Of a DNA stretch of 64,000 bases, positions 1 through 9,749 are shown one piece after another. The translations under genes and the position numbers were made by a program. The notes below the pieces were generated by a model. That model saw only the letters and a program-made list of their open reading frames with translations. It searched no databases and was not told the DNA's origin. The DNA is taken from NCBI GenBank assembly GCA_965222075.1, contig OZ244937.1, positions 2,880,001 to 2,944,000 of the forward strand, given 5' to 3'. Positions within the stretch are counted from its first letter, which is position 1. The number at the start of each line of letters is the position of its first letter. Origin of the DNA: Candidatus Latescibacterota bacterium. GTDB taxonomy: Bacteria > Latescibacterota > UBA2968 > GCA-2709665.

Positions 1-48
1 CCACTCCTTTAACAGGGCCAAGTTTCAAATTCCTTGAATCACTCTACA

Positions 49-3000
49 TTATCTCCCACAGCACTTCTTGTACTTCTTCCCACTACCGCATGGACAGGGG
101 TCGTTGCGCCCGACCTTCTGCACCCGCACGGGCCGCTGCTTGGGCCGTTCCCCCTCCGAGTCGGTCGTGTTGGCCACCGTCTCCGCCATCGGCGAGGCCT
201 CGGCCATCGGGGCAAATCCCATGCCCGTCGCGTCTTCATGTACCAGGGCCAGCCGCTCGGGCCGCCGGCTCCGGCGTTGGACCGGAACCTCTTCAACGGG
301 GATGCGGAAGAGGGTCTTGAGGGTCTCCCGGTTGATCTGGTCTAATAGATCCACGAACATCTGGAACCCCTCGCGCTTGTACTCCACCAGCGGATCCTTC
401 TGGCCGTAGCCTCTCAGGTTGATCCCCTCTTTGAGGTCGTCCATCTCTCGGAGGTGGTCCTTCCACTTCTCGTCGATAATGCCCAGGTAGACCATGCGTT
501 CGATCTCCCGGAGCCGTTCGGGTCCAATCAGCTGCTCGCGTCGGGCGTAAGTCTCCTGTACCCCCCGTAAGATTCGTTCGCGAAGCTCATCCCGCTTAAG
601 TCCGGGCAGATTGTCGGTCGGAACCTCCGGCACCTGCAGGAAGGTATTCCTCAGATCCACCGACAGCCCCTCTAAGTTCCAGTCTTCCGGGTGGGCCTCC
701 TTCGGTGCATGGGCCTCTAAAAAGGTATTGACCGTCTCTTCCATGACCTCCCTGATCTGACCGGAGATATTCCTCTGTTCCAGGGCGTACCGACGCCGGT
801 CATAGATCACGTCCCGCTGCTGGTTCATCACATCGTCGTACTCCAGCACGTGCTTGCGCATCTCGAAATTCCGGGCCTCCACGCGCCTCTGCGCCCGTTC
901 AATCGAACGGGTCACCATCCTGTGCTCGATCACCTCGCCCTCTTCGGCCCCCAGCTTATCCATAATCCGGGCGATCCGCTCCGATCCGAAGAGCCGCATC
1001 AGGTCGTCTTCTAAGGAAATAAAGAACCGGGAATTCCCCGGATCGCCCTGGCGGCCGGACCGCCCCCGAAGCTGTCGGTCGATCCGGCGGGACTCGTGGC
1101 GTTCGGTGCCCACAATGTGTAGCCCGCAGGGCACGTCTACCCGGCAGTCGTACTCCGCCAGGTGGGGGCAAAGTGGACGCGCATCCTCCGAATTGGCGAT
1201 CAGCGCACACTGGTGGCCCCCGGGCGCCTTGACAATCCCGGGGCCAAGTTTGATATCCGTTCCCCGTCCGGCCATATTCGTGGCGATGGTAACCGCACCC
1301 GGCTGCCCCGCCTGAGCGACAATCTGCGCCTCCTGCTCGTGATAACGGGCGTTGAGGACCGAGTGTTTGACGCTCCTCCGGTTGAGCATCCGGGAGAGGA
1401 GCTCCGACACCTCCACGGTAATCGTACCCACCAGCACCGGCAGGCCATTCTCGTGCAGTCGAACGATCTCGTCGATAATCGCGTTGTACTTTTCCCGCTT
1501 GGTCCGGTAGATCAGATCGTCGGAATCGGGCCGGCGCACCGGTTCGTTCGTGGGAATAACCACCACATCCAGCTTGTAGATCTCGTGGAGCTCTGCGCTC
1601 TCGGTCTCGGCCGTACCCGTCATCCCGGCCAGTTTGTGGTAGAGCCGGAAATAGTTCTGCAGCGTAATCGTCGCAACCGTCTGGGTATCCCGTTCGACCT
1701 TAACCTTCTCCTTGGCCTCTATGGCCTGGTGGAGCCCATCGGCATATCGCCGCCCAGGCTGCGGCCGACCCGTGTACTCATCTACAATAACGACCCGGCC
1801 CTCGTCCACCAGGTACTTCACATCCTTCTCGTAGAGCATGTAGGCAACAAGCAGCTGCTGCACACTGTGAATGGCCTCGCTCTTGCGGGCATAATCCTGG
1901 TAGGCCTCATCCTGCGCCTTGGCCTTCTCTCCGGGGGGAAGGGACACATCGGCCTCGATATCGTGCAAAACCTCATCTAAGTCGGGCAGCACAAAATCAT
2001 CGGGATGCTTGCTAATCTCCACCCGCCCTTTTTCGGTCAGGTCAATGACGTGGCTCTTTTCGTCAATACTAAAATAAAGGTCCTCGTCCAGTTCGCCCAG
2101 GCGCTTGTCGCGCATGTAATCCGCCTCGACCCGGCCGACCAGCTTCTTGATGCCTTCCTCCTGCAACAGCTTCATAAACCGCCTGTTCTTGGGCGCGCCC
2201 CGCTGGACCTGTAAAAGCCGGATGCCGGCCTCGTAATCGTCCTCGTCCAGTTGTTCCTCCGCCTCGCTCAAAATCCGGTTCACCACACGGGTCTGCTCCT
2301 TTACCAATCGCTCCACTAAGGGGCGCATCTCATCGTAGCGCTGGTTGTCCGCTTCAGACACTATCCCGGAAATAATCAGGGGCGTTCGGGCTTCGTCGAT
2401 CAAAATGCTGTCGGCCTCGTCAATAATCGCAAAATGGTGCTCCCGCTGCATCAGGTCTTCCGGACGTATTGCCATATTGTCGTAGAGGTAGTCGAACCCG
2501 AACTGGTCCTTGGTGCCGTAAACAATATCGGCCTGATACGCGTCTGCATGATCGCACTCCCGCAGCTGGTAGCCCCCCTGCTGGTCCTCTTCAACCAGGT
2601 AGGCCTCAACGCCCAGTGCCCGATCCTGAATAATCCCCACACTCAGTCCCAGGAAGAGGTAAATGGGGCCCAACCACATGGCATCCCGTTTGGCCAGGTA
2701 GGAATTCACCGTCACCAGGTGCACGCCCCTGCCGGCAAGCCCGTTGAGGTAGAGCGGCATGCCTGCCACCAGCGTCTTCCCTTCCCCGGTGGCCATTTCG
2801 GCGACCTTGCCCTGATGCAGCACAGTCGCGCCGATCAACTGCACATCGTAGGGGACCTCCACCCAGGCGATTTCATCCCCTGCCCGCTCCCAGCGCTTGC
2901 CCACCATGCGCCGGCAGGTCTCCTTAAAAACCGCATAGGCCTCCGGCAGAATCTCATCTAAGACCTCCGCCTCGATCTCCCGGGTCTCCGATTCCACCTC

Positions 3001-3261
3001 GCTGATCTCGTCCAACAGGTCCTGGCGGTCACCGTCATCCCCCGCCCCTTCCAGACCAGCGCGCAGGGCCTCCCGCGCCTCCTGCACTTCCCGGGTAGCC
3101 TCCGCAATCCGGCCCCGGAACTCGGCCGTTTTCCCCTTCAAGGCCTCGTCTGAAAGCTCCGCACAGGTGGCATAAGTGCGGTTGATCTCCTCCACGACCG
3201 GACGGATCTTCTTAATATCCCGCTCGTGCTTGGTCCCAACAATCTTGGTCAGTATTCCCAT
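49..3261 (-). CDS. secA: Preprotein translocase ATPase SecA
   Basis: Motifs MATGEGKT, DEADS, TNMAGRGTDI, GTERHESRRIDRQLRGRSGRQGDPG, and C-terminal SEC-C motif GRNDPCPCGSGKKYKKCCG. Start is 3261 or 3264. Confidence 0.99.
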   Translation of the reverse strand: MGILTKIVGTKHERDIKKIRPVVEEINRTYATCAELSDEALKGKTAEFRGRIAEATREVQEAREALRAGLEGAGDDGDRQDLLDEISEVESETREIEAEVLDEILPEAYAVFKETCRRMVGKRWERAGDEIAWVEVPYDVQLIGATVLHQGKVAEMATGEGKTLVAGMPLYLNGLAGRGVHLVTVNSYLAKRDAMWLGPIYLFLGLSVGIIQDRALGVEAYLVEEDQQGGYQLRECDHADAYQADIVYGTKDQFGFDYLYDNMAIRPEDLMQREHHFAIIDEADSILIDEARTPLIISGIVSEADNQRYDEMRPLVERLVKEQTRVVNRILSEAEEQLDEDDYEAGIRLLQVQRGAPKNRRFMKLLQEEGIKKLVGRVEADYMRDKRLGELDEDLYFSIDEKSHVIDLTEKGRVEISKHPDDFVLPDLDEVLHDIEADVSLPPGEKAKAQDEAYQDYARKSEAIHSVQQLLVAYMLYEKDVKYLVDEGRVVIVDEYTGRPQPGRRYADGLHQAIEAKEKVKVERDTQTVATITLQNYFRLYHKLAGMTGTAETESAELHEIYKLDVVVIPTNEPVRRPDSDDLIYRTKREKYNAIIDEIVRLHENGLPVLVGTITVEVSELLSRMLNRRSVKHSVLNARYHEQEAQIVAQAGQPGAVTIATNMAGRGTDIKLGPGIVKAPGGHQCALIANSEDARPLCPHLAEYDCRVDVPCGLHIVGTERHESRRIDRQLRGRSGRQGDPGNSRFFISLEDDLMRLFGSERIARIMDKLGAEEGEVIEHRMVTRSIERAQRRVEARNFEMRKHVLEYDDVMNQQRDVIYDRRRYALEQRNISGQIREVMEETVNTFLEAHAPKEAHPEDWNLEGLSVDLRNTFLQVPEVPTDNLPGLKRDELRERILRGVQETYARREQLIGPERLREIERMVYLGIIDEKWKDHLREMDDLKEGINLRGYGQKDPLVEYKREGFQMFVDLLDQINRETLKTLFRIPVEEVPVQRRSRRPERLALVHEDATGMGFAPMAEASPMAETVANTTDSEGERPKQRPVRVQKVGRNDPCPCGSGKKYKKCCGR

Positions 3262-3344
3262 CATGGCCGTTTACCTGCATTGAATAGTGCCAGAATTGTA
3301 TATGGAAAATTTTCCAACCGGCAACCTGCAATTCAATTCCCCCT

Positions 3345-3558
3345 TCACCTCCCCACCCCCAGCCGCTCCGCCAGCAGTTCGGGCAGACCGGCTTCTCGAA
3401 TCTTGGCCTGTGCCCCGGCCACATCATAGGGCACCCGGCAAAGCCGGAACGCTGCGGCCTCCTGATCCCAGATCACGAAGGCCGCCCGGGGGTCTCCATC
3501 GCGGGGCTGCCCCGTAGCCCACCAGGTCTCCCAGGCACTTGGAAAGCAAACCCCGCAT
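3345..3558 (-). pseudogene. Collapsed metallophosphoesterase (YfcE-like) remnant
   Basis: Minus strand reads MRGLLSKCLGDLVGYGA, then in another frame GQPRDGDPRAAFVIWD...RVPYDVAGAQAKIREAGLPELLAERLGVGR*. These are the N- and C-terminal family motifs with the middle missing. Confidence 0.8.
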
Positions 3559-3594
3559 TTCCGGGGAGGGCGGTAGGGACAAGCCCCTGGCCCC

Positions 3595-4014
3595 TCAGCC
3601 CCCTGCTATCCCTTCTCGCTTGACCAGGGCATCTAAGATGCCGTTGATAAAGGCCGGAGACTTCTCCACACTGTAGCGCTTGGCCAGCTCAATCGCCTCA
3701 TTGATGGAGACCTTTACTGGTATATCGCCAAACGCCAGAATCTCGGTGAGGGCCATCCGTAGCAGAATCCCATCGATCCGGGAAATCCGCTCTAAGGCCC
3801 AGTTCTCCGAAGCGCTTTTGATCAGCCCGTCCAGCTTCTCCCGACGCGCCGAGGTCGCTTTGCCAAGCGCCATGGCAAAGCGGGACGCATCCGATGACAG
3901 GCCAGTGCGCAAACACATGGTATGCAGCGTCTGCCGAACCGGGTCTTCCGAACTCTCGGCCCAGTAGAGGGCCTGCAGCACGACCTCTCGGGCCTTTCGG
4001 CGGGAGCCCCTCAT
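3595..4014 (-). CDS. nusB: Transcription antitermination factor NusB
   Basis: [48 protein letters not shown] overlaps the ribH stop. Confidence 0.97.
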   Translation of the reverse strand: MRGSRRKAREVVLQALYWAESSEDPVRQTLHTMCLRTGLSSDASRFAMALGKATSARREKLDGLIKSASENWALERISRIDGILLRMALTEILAFGDIPVKVSINEAIELAKRYSVEKSPAFINGILDALVKREGIAGG

Positions 4015-4490
4015 GCCTGCCCACCACCCCATGCCTCCAGCAGGTTGACCATCTCAATCGCGCCCAACGCCGCCGCCCACCCCTTGTTCCCGGCCTTGGT
4101 GCCCGCCCGTTCAATCGCCTGCTCAACCGTATCGGTGGTCAGCACCCCAAACAGGGTCGGCACGCCCGATTCCAGTCCTACCTTTGCAATCCCCCTGGAG
4201 GCCTCACTGGCCACGTACTCGAAATGGGGGGTGCTCCCCCGAATCACGGCGCCCAGACAGATGATGGCGTCGTAGCGGCCGCTTTCCGCCATCTTCCGGG
4301 CCATTAAAGGGATCTCAAAGGACCCCGGCACCCACACCACATCTACCGCGTCTAAGTCGGCCCCGTGACGACCCAGGCAGTCTTGCGCCCCCTCCAGCAG
4401 CGACTTTCCGATATACGCGTTGAACCGGCCCACGACAATGCCAAATCGTTTCCCTTCCGCCGACAGTTCCCCTTCATATACCCTGGGCAT
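4011..4490 (-). CDS. ribH: 6,7-dimethyl-8-ribityllumazine synthase
   Basis: [40 protein letters not shown]. Confidence 0.98.
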   Translation of the reverse strand: MPRVYEGELSAEGKRFGIVVGRFNAYIGKSLLEGAQDCLGRHGADLDAVDVVWVPGSFEIPLMARKMAESGRYDAIICLGAVIRGSTPHFEYVASEASRGIAKVGLESGVPTLFGVLTTDTVEQAIERAGTKAGNKGWAAALGAIEMVNLLEAWGGGQA

Positions 4491-5757
4491 GGGTCCCCTC
4501 CGACGTTGCGTCGTCCAGCTTCAAATCCTCTTCCGCAAAGATGTGGCCCATCTTCTCCTGCTTGGTGCGCAGATACCGGATGTTCCACGGGGTAAGCTTG
4601 ATCTCCACGGGAATCCGCTCTACAATCTCAATCCCGTAGGCCTCCAGACCCACCCGCTTGGCCGGATTGTTTGTGATCAGACGCGCCTTGCGAATCCCCA
4701 GGTCAAGCAAAATCTGGGCCCCGATCCCGTAGTCCCGGTCGTCCATCTTAAACCCGAGTTTCAAATTGGCCTCCACCGTATCGTACCCCTCCTCCTGCAG
4801 TTTGTAGGCCCGAATCTTCTCCCGCAATCCGATGCCGCGCCCCTCCTGTCGCATGTACACAACTGCCCCCTGCCCTTCCTTCTCGATCATCTCAATTGCC
4901 GAGTGGAGGTTCGTGTCGCAGTCGCACCGCAGTGAACCGAACACATCTCCCGTTAAGCACTCCGAATGCATCCTCAGGAGCACCGGTTGCCCGCTGGAAA
5001 CGTCGCCCTTGACCAGGGCCGTGTGAGGGCGTTCATCCACGTCACTCTCATAAAGGCTCAACGAAAACTCGCCAAACCGGGTGGGCAGGTGCACGGTCTC
5101 AATACAGTGCACCAGCTTTTCAGAACGATGGCGGTAGGCGATCAGATCCCGAATCGTAATCACCTTCAGGTCAAAATGGCCGGCCATCTCGATCAAATAC
5201 GGCAGCCTTGCCATCGTCCCGTCGGGGTTCAGGATCTCGCAGAGCACCCCGGCCGGGTAAAGCCCGGCAAGCCGCGCTAAGTCCACGGCCGCCTCCGTAT
5301 GCCCGGCCCTGCGCAGCACCCCTCCCGGCCGCGCCCGCAGGGGAAAGATATGCCCGGGACGGGCAAAGTCGAGCGGTTGGGCATCCGCATCCACAAACCG
5401 CTGCACAGTCACCGCCCGGTCGTGCGCCGAGATCCCGGTGGTGGTCCCCTCCACCGCATCGATACTGACGGTAAAGGGCGTGCCGTGCAGCGCAGTGTTG
5501 CGGTCCACCATCATATCCAGCTTGAGTTCCTCCAACCGCTCCGGTGTCGCCGGCAGGCAGATCAGGCCGCGTCCGTGGCCGGCCATAAAGTTGATCGCAT
5601 CCGGCGTCACCTTCTGGGCGGCCATAATCAGGTCGCCCTCATTCTCCCGGTCTTCGTCGTCCACTACAATCACCATCTTCCCGGACCGGATGTCTTCCAG
5701 GGCATCTTCGATAGGAGCAATGCGGACCGGAGCGTCTTCACTGTTGGGATTGGCCAT
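4474..5757 (-). CDS. ribBA: Bifunctional DHBP synthase / GTP cyclohydrolase II
   Basis: [44 protein letters not shown]. Start could be 5781. Confidence 0.98.
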   Translation of the reverse strand: MANPNSEDAPVRIAPIEDALEDIRSGKMVIVVDDEDRENEGDLIMAAQKVTPDAINFMAGHGRGLICLPATPERLEELKLDMMVDRNTALHGTPFTVSIDAVEGTTTGISAHDRAVTVQRFVDADAQPLDFARPGHIFPLRARPGGVLRRAGHTEAAVDLARLAGLYPAGVLCEILNPDGTMARLPYLIEMAGHFDLKVITIRDLIAYRHRSEKLVHCIETVHLPTRFGEFSLSLYESDVDERPHTALVKGDVSSGQPVLLRMHSECLTGDVFGSLRCDCDTNLHSAIEMIEKEGQGAVVYMRQEGRGIGLREKIRAYKLQEEGYDTVEANLKLGFKMDDRDYGIGAQILLDLGIRKARLITNNPAKRVGLEAYGIEIVERIPVEIKLTPWNIRYLRTKQEKMGHIFAEEDLKLDDATSEGTHAQGI

Positions 5758-5809
5758 ACGCTTCGCCTTTTCAAACACCAAAGAGGCTATTCCTCACGCT
5801 TGAAAGTTG

Positions 5810-6403
5810 TCAATTCCGGCTGGTAAACAGACGTTCGAGATACCGCGCCACCATATCCACCTCCAAATTGACCGGATCGCCCATCCGGCGCTCGGAAATC
5901 GTGGTCACCTCAAGCGTATGCGGAATCACCGCAACCGTAAAATCCCGGGAGGAAACCGAAACTACCGTCAGACTGATCCCGTCCACCGCAATCGATCCCT
6001 TCTCGGCCACGTGGGACGCCAGATCGGCACCCATGCCGATCTGGAACACAACATGATCCGATGACTCCCGCCGCTTCAACACCTTCCCCACCCCGGCCAC
6101 GTGCCCGGCCACGAAGTGCCCGCCCAGCCGGTCGCCGACCTTCAAGGATCGCTCCAAATTCATCCGGCTGCCCACCCGCAGCCGCGAGAGCGTGGTCCGC
6201 CGGAGCGTCTCTTCCACCGACTCCACCGTGAACCCGCGTCCGTCAAACCCCACCACCGTATGGCAGGCCCCGTCTAAGTTGATGCTGTCTCCAACCCGGA
6301 CATCCTCTAAAACCCGCTGCGCATCCACCGTAGTCTGCTGATACCCGGCCCGCTGCTGAACCGACCGCACCACCCCAATCTCTTCGACAATTCCCGTAAA
6401 CAT
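5810..6403 (-). CDS. ribE: Riboflavin synthase
   Basis: MFTGIVEE N-terminus, NLERS, GGHFVAGH, KGSIAVDGISLTV. Confidence 0.97.
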   Translation of the reverse strand: MFTGIVEEIGVVRSVQQRAGYQQTTVDAQRVLEDVRVGDSINLDGACHTVVGFDGRGFTVESVEETLRRTTLSRLRVGSRMNLERSLKVGDRLGGHFVAGHVAGVGKVLKRRESSDHVVFQIGMGADLASHVAEKGSIAVDGISLTVVSVSSRDFTVAVIPHTLEVTTISERRMGDPVNLEVDMVARYLERLFTSRN

Positions 6404-6434
6404 AACCCTCCCTACAACCCAGAATCAACTCGAC

Positions 6435-7526
6435 TCATTGCCTTCTCACCCGCGCCGTACAAAAAAGGTCCGCTCCAATCCGCTCCACCTCGACCTCCTC
6501 CAGCTCCACTGCCCCCACGACCCGGTCGATTCCCAGATCCCCCACCGCAGGGATCCCGCCGCCCAGGATCTTTGGGGCGATGAACACCGCCATCCGATCC
6601 ACCAGCCCCTCCCGCAGCGCCGAAGCCGCCACCTGTCCGCCTCCCTCAACCAGCACATGGATCAGATTCTCGGCCGCAGCCCGGGCCAGCACATCCCGTA
6701 TCCGGGGGCGGCCCTGCACTGCGGGCACCTGCCACACCCGTGCCCCCGCCGCCGCCACCTCTTTCTGCCTTTCCTGCAAAACCCCTTCAGCCGCTGCCAC
6801 AACCAGGGGCGCTCCTGCAAACACCTTCGCCCGTGTACAAATCCGCAGCCCGCTGTCCAGCACGATCTTCACCGGATCGCGCCCCTCTACGTGCCGCACC
6901 GAAAGCTCGGGATCGTCGGCCCGCACCGTCCCGGCGCCCACCAAGATCGCATCGACCCGTGCGCGCAATCGGTGGGCGTAAGCCCTCGAGGCCTTTGAGG
7001 TGATCCACCTCGAATCGCCCGACGCCGCCGCAATACGCCCGTCCAGCGTCTGCGCCAGCTTCAGCGTCACAAACGGAAGCCCGCACGTGCGGTGCTTGGT
7101 GTAGACCTCATTGAGCCGCCGGGCCTGCCCCTCTAACAGCCCCACTTCCACACAGATGCCCGCCTCCCCAAGCCGCGCAACACCCTGCCCCGACACGCGC
7201 GGGTCGGGATCTTCCATCGCGCACACCACGCGTGCGACCCGCTTCTGGATAATCAGCTCCGTACAGGCCGGTGTCCTGCCGGTAAAGCAACAGGGCTCCA
7301 GCGTCACATACAGGGTCACATCCTGCGCGCTCGCACCCACCGGCGAAAGCGCAAAGACCTCCGCATGCGGCTGCCCAGGCCCAGGGTGGTATCCCTGCCC
7401 CACAATCCGCCCCCCCTGCACCGCCACCGCACCCACCATCGGATTGGGCCGAACCGTCTCAAGCCCCCGCTCCGCCAGTTCTAAAGCCAGCCGCATATAA
7501 TCAGCATCCGTCATCGCCGATTCCAT
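6435..7526 (-). CDS. ribD: Bifunctional pyrimidine deaminase/reductase RibD
   Basis: PNPMVGA, HAE, TLEPCC..GRTPAC, KLAQTLDG, VEGGG. Confidence 0.97.
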   Translation of the reverse strand: MESAMTDADYMRLALELAERGLETVRPNPMVGAVAVQGGRIVGQGYHPGPGQPHAEVFALSPVGASAQDVTLYVTLEPCCFTGRTPACTELIIQKRVARVVCAMEDPDPRVSGQGVARLGEAGICVEVGLLEGQARRLNEVYTKHRTCGLPFVTLKLAQTLDGRIAAASGDSRWITSKASRAYAHRLRARVDAILVGAGTVRADDPELSVRHVEGRDPVKIVLDSGLRICTRAKVFAGAPLVVAAAEGVLQERQKEVAAAGARVWQVPAVQGRPRIRDVLARAAAENLIHVLVEGGGQVAASALREGLVDRMAVFIAPKILGGGIPAVGDLGIDRVVGAVELEEVEVERIGADLFCTARVRRQ

Positions 7527-7538
7527 CCCCGCACGTCC

Positions 7539-7597
7539 ATTGCGGATTTCGGATTGGGGCTTGCGGAATGAATGCTTTTAAATCCGCATTCCGCAAT
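7539..7597. repeat. Heptamer-based palindromic intergenic repeat
   Basis: ATTGCGGATTTCGGATT...AATCCGCATTCCGCAAT: 7-nt units with an inverted second arm. Confidence 0.7.
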
Positions 7598-7598
7598 T

Positions 7599-9749
7599 TT
7601 ATTCAACCTCAACCACCGCCTTCCCAACCCCCACATTCCCCAGTGCATCCACGGCCCGCACCACCACCGCATACTCACCCGGCATCAGCTTTTCAATGGC
7701 AAAGCTGAGAGACTCGGTTCGGGAATCGAAGATCTGGTCTGCTGGAAAAATCACCTTCCAGGGCCCGGAATTGACCGCATAGGACGCCTCCCGGATCGGG
7801 CTGATCGCATCCGAAACCGAGCCCTCCACCAAAACCGTGCCCGGCTCCGTCTGCCGAACCGCACTCAGGCGGACGAACGGCGGCGTGTGGTCCAGATCAA
7901 AGGGCTCGCTCACCTTTTCGGCCGAAAGGGCCGTCGGCTCGGGATTGCTCAACCGGTCGGAGGCCACCACCCGGACCTGCATGGTGCCCTCCGGCGCCGA
8001 TTCGATGTTCCAAACGTAGGAGGTGGACCGGATCTCCTCTTCCAAGAGCTTCCACGACTTCTCTTCTCGCCCCCGGAAATAGATGTCGTAGACCAGCCGG
8101 TCGTTGTTGACGTCTCCTCCAGACCAGGCGATCTTCCAGACCCCCTTCTGGGCGTCGGCGGAAGGATGGCGGCCTTTGCCCCCATCCTTCCCCGATCCAG
8201 AGTGTCCCCCACCCCCGGAGGCGCTGTTCTTTCTCTGCGGGGGAGAAACCGCTAAGGAAAGAACCTGTGGCCGCACGTTCTCCTGAAGGCCCGCCAGGGT
8301 CACCTCCCGCAACCGGGGCGTGGCCGTGTCCGTCTCCGATCCCAGGCGCACCCGGTACTGCAGGAACCGTCCCGGTGGACTGGGGACCTGCCCCGCCACC
8401 CTGATCGGACCGGACCAGGGGCTCCAGGTATCGTCGGGAACCTCGCTGTTGCCCGACCGCGTTTGAAAAGAAATCGACGTTCCCTCCGGCAGATCGGCCT
8501 TCCAGGCCGCCCTGCCCCACCTGGACACCACGGCAAAATCCCGGGGTTTGGAAGTCAAACTGCCCTCCGGGGCATAGCCCTTGCCCAGCCGGTAGACCTT
8601 TCCGGCCCCGCCGATCCAGAAGCCGCCCTTTTGGGAAGGGCAAAACGCCCAGGGCTGCACATCTGCCATTCGGGCCAGCAGCGTGGCCGCGCCGTCGCTC
8701 CTGACCCGGTACACGCTTCCCTTATCCCCGGTAACCACAGTCACCTCACCACCTGCATCGATGGCCAGGGCCAAAAGCATCGGCTCGGAGGCCTCCCAGA
8801 GCCGGAACGCCGCGCCCGAAGGCCGAATCGCGTAGAGCGCGGACGACTCCTGCTCTGGAGCAGGCCGGGGCTGCTGCGACGGCGGCGCTGCCCCCTTGCC
8901 CCCATCAACGCGCGAACTCCCCGACATTGCGCCGGCATACAGCACGCCGTCGGTTCCCAGGGCCAGCGCGTGGACCTCCTTCTCCGCAGCGTCGTAGAGC
9001 ACCTCCACCTTCCCCTTGGCGTCCACCCTGTAGACCAGCCCGTTCTCATCCGTCCCGGCATACAGCCGCCCGTCCGGACCCCGGATGAGGCAGACCACGT
9101 TGTGGTCGGAACTCTGGTAGACCGGCTCGGCCTCCCCTCCGGGAGAAATCCGGACGATCCGCCCCTGTTTTCTTCCGGTGGCCGCATACAGCCCCCCACC
9201 CACCCCTGGCACCAGCGCCCAGACGTGGTCATCGCCGGTGTGGCAGAACGTCACCGGATCTCTCCCCGGGGCAATACGGTAGATCAGCCCGTCCGGCGAG
9301 GACCCTGCGTAGAGTGCCCCGTCCGACCCCACAGTCAGGCTAAAAATGGCCACCTCCGGGGAGTCAAACAGGAGGTCGGGGGCTCCCCTTCCATCCAACA
9401 CAAAGACCTTACCGCTGTTGCCCGTCGCAATATAGAGCCGTCCCTTCCCGTCCTCTGCAAGCGCCCAGACAAACTGCTCACCCGTATCCGCCACCTCTTC
9501 CAGTACCGGCGAAAGTGTGACCACCCCATCCCGGGTCAGAGAGACCCCCTCCGGCTCTCCCTTCAAAAACGCCTTCTGCGTATCCTCCCGCCAGACAATA
9601 GGCGAAACAGCCCCCGCCACACCCGCCAGGCACACCAGCCACACCACACCAATGCAGATTGCAGATTGCAGATTGCGGATTTGGCGTCTTGCAATCTGAA
9701 ATCCGAAATCCGAATGCCTCCCCTGACCCCTGACTTTACTTTTTCCCAC
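7599..9749 (-). CDS. Secreted beta-propeller repeat protein with C-terminal Ig/FN3-like domains
   Basis: Signal-like VVWLVCLAGVAGA; repeated blades (DGxLYAG..GLIYRI / VWAL). Start uncertain: GTG 9749 chosen, ORF open to 9833. Confidence 0.8.
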   Translation of the reverse strand: MGKSKVRGQGRHSDFGFQIARRQIRNLQSAICIGVVWLVCLAGVAGAVSPIVWREDTQKAFLKGEPEGVSLTRDGVVTLSPVLEEVADTGEQFVWALAEDGKGRLYIATGNSGKVFVLDGRGAPDLLFDSPEVAIFSLTVGSDGALYAGSSPDGLIYRIAPGRDPVTFCHTGDDHVWALVPGVGGGLYAATGRKQGRIVRISPGGEAEPVYQSSDHNVVCLIRGPDGRLYAGTDENGLVYRVDAKGKVEVLYDAAEKEVHALALGTDGVLYAGAMSGSSRVDGGKGAAPPSQQPRPAPEQESSALYAIRPSGAAFRLWEASEPMLLALAIDAGGEVTVVTGDKGSVYRVRSDGAATLLARMADVQPWAFCPSQKGGFWIGGAGKVYRLGKGYAPEGSLTSKPRDFAVVSRWGRAAWKADLPEGTSISFQTRSGNSEVPDDTWSPWSGPIRVAGQVPSPPGRFLQYRVRLGSETDTATPRLREVTLAGLQENVRPQVLSLAVSPPQRKNSASGGGGHSGSGKDGGKGRHPSADAQKGVWKIAWSGGDVNNDRLVYDIYFRGREEKSWKLLEEEIRSTSYVWNIESAPEGTMQVRVVASDRLSNPEPTALSAEKVSEPFDLDHTPPFVRLSAVRQTEPGTVLVEGSVSDAISPIREASYAVNSGPWKVIFPADQIFDSRTESLSFAIEKLMPGEYAVVVRAVDALGNVGVGKAVVEVE
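9653..9735. repeat. Heptamer palindromic repeat inside the 5' coding region
   Basis: GCAGATT x3, GCGGATT, then AATCTGA AATCCGA AATCCGA; same family as 7539-7597. Confidence 0.7.

Noticed and set aside
7539-9735. CRISPR interpretation of the short repeats
   Set aside because: No regular repeat-spacer periodicity and no cas genes.
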